Of a stretch of 64,000 nucleotides of DNA, positions 63,546-64,000 are shown one piece after another. A model generated the notes under the pieces. It worked only from the letters and a program-made list of their open reading frames with translations, was not told the DNA's origin and ran no database searches. Source of the stretch: Clostridia bacterium (lineage in GTDB: Bacteria > Bacillota > Clostridia > Oscillospirales > Acutalibacteraceae); the NCBI GenBank assembly GCA_017433225.1, contig JAFRHS010000044.1:28317-92316 (forward strand), written 5' to 3'. The stretch's first letter is position 1. Every line of letters starts with the position of its first letter. A program made the translations under genes and the position numbers.

Positions 63546-64000
63546 TTAGCCGATAATATGCACTTTTTCAAGTACTTTTGCGATTTTTTTGCCTTTTGGA
63601 AGAGATTCTATATCTTGACGGTTCAAAACATGGATCAGCCCGAGGAAAACGACCCACGCAAGGATGGACACCGTGAGGGCGATGAGCGTCGCCCAGGTGA
63701 AATTGGCGAGACGGGATCCGGGCGCTCCGGCGGGAAGGACATGCATGAAGAACTGGTAGACGCCCCATGCCACTCCCCCGGACAGTGCACCGGCGGCAAA
63801 CGGTTTCCAAAAGACGTTCTTCCAGGCGATTTTGACCTTCGTCTGACGGAGCAGCACGATCAGGTTGTGCGTGACGATATAGATGTAGCAGACGATGGTG
63901 CCGACGGGTGCGCCCTTGATGTTGATGCTGGGGATGCCGCACAGCGTGAAGTCGCAGATGATCTTGAGAGAAGCACCGACGGCCAGCGCCTTCAGCGGGA
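63546..64000 (-). CDS. MOP-superfamily flippase (SpoVB/YabM/MurJ-like), C-terminal part; N-terminus lies right of the window
   Basis: The frame stays open to the window edge (own translation ...PLKALAVGASLKIICDFTLCGIPSINIKGAPVGTIVCYIYIVTHNLIVLLRQT...). Hydrophobic TM profile. Position upstream of hup-yabO-divIC-yabR. Confidence 0.7.
   Translation of the reverse strand, partial: PLKALAVGASLKIICDFTLCGIPSINIKGAPVGTIVCYIYIVTHNLIVLLRQTKVKIAWKNVFWKPFAAGALSGGVAWGVYQFFMHVLPAGAPGSRLANFTWATLIALTVSILAWVVFLGLIHVLNRQDIESLPKGKKIAKVLEKVHIIG

Overview
This 64-kb window looks like chromosome from a high-GC Firmicute. A Clostridia-like origin is inferred from the flippase-hup-yabO-divIC-yabR block, the IspH-S1 fusion and GGAGG-type Shine-Dalgarno sites. 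Positions 1-5644 are a visibly AT-richer integrative element that ends at the 3' end of tRNA-Pro(GGG). It carries a cI-like repressor, a cro-like HTH, a 156-aa unknown, an excisionase-type HTH, a stand-alone PriCT-like protein, a hyper-acidic 66-aa protein, a Prim-Pol/P4-type primase-helicase and about 0.9 kb of iteron-like repeats. It has no structural or transfer genes, so it resembles a satellite/PICI-like module; the integrase should lie left of the window. The remaining sequence is core genome: potABCD, tRNA-Leu(GAG), an MFS transporter, an OmpR/histidine-kinase pair, an alpha/beta-hydrolase::acyl-CoA-ligase fusion with a PlsC-like acyltransferase, glnA-asnA-purF, tRNA-Leu(CAG), an NCS2 permease, gltBD, an extended SDR, a SipW-like pseudo-peptidase, RpiR, a BaiN-like flavoprotein, cmk-plsC-ispH::S1, comEA, an MBOAT with a truncated partner, a DEDD exonuclease, dapB-dapA-asd, queA-tgt-yajC, an M28-like protein, TetR, an Mbeg1-like lipase, an orphan Xer-like recombinase, a lipase-like hydrolase, DUF1292, a HAD protein, an ANTAR regulator, a second GS-like protein, an amtB::P-II fusion, radA, a THUMP methylase, hpf, yabR, divIC, yabO, hup and a partial MOP flippase. 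The most interesting signals are: (i) both tRNA-Leu genes are followed by small cassettes that share a roughly 89-nt structured module and are bounded by inverted and direct copies of each tRNA's own T-arm/acceptor 3' segment. (ii) Three nitrogen operons (glnA-asnA-purF, gltBD, amtB::glnK) each have a consensus promoter followed almost immediately by strong terminators. These sit near an ANTAR protein with a pseudo-receiver and a GS paralogue that has lost catalytic residues. (iii) The island has a candidate countertranscript, an enriched CCCGCGGG palindrome and an ori-like repeat field. (iv) A 0.75-kb AT-rich non-coding repeat region at 53.4-54.15 kb shares short motifs with the island. Long ORFs antisense to real genes are treated as high-GC artefacts.
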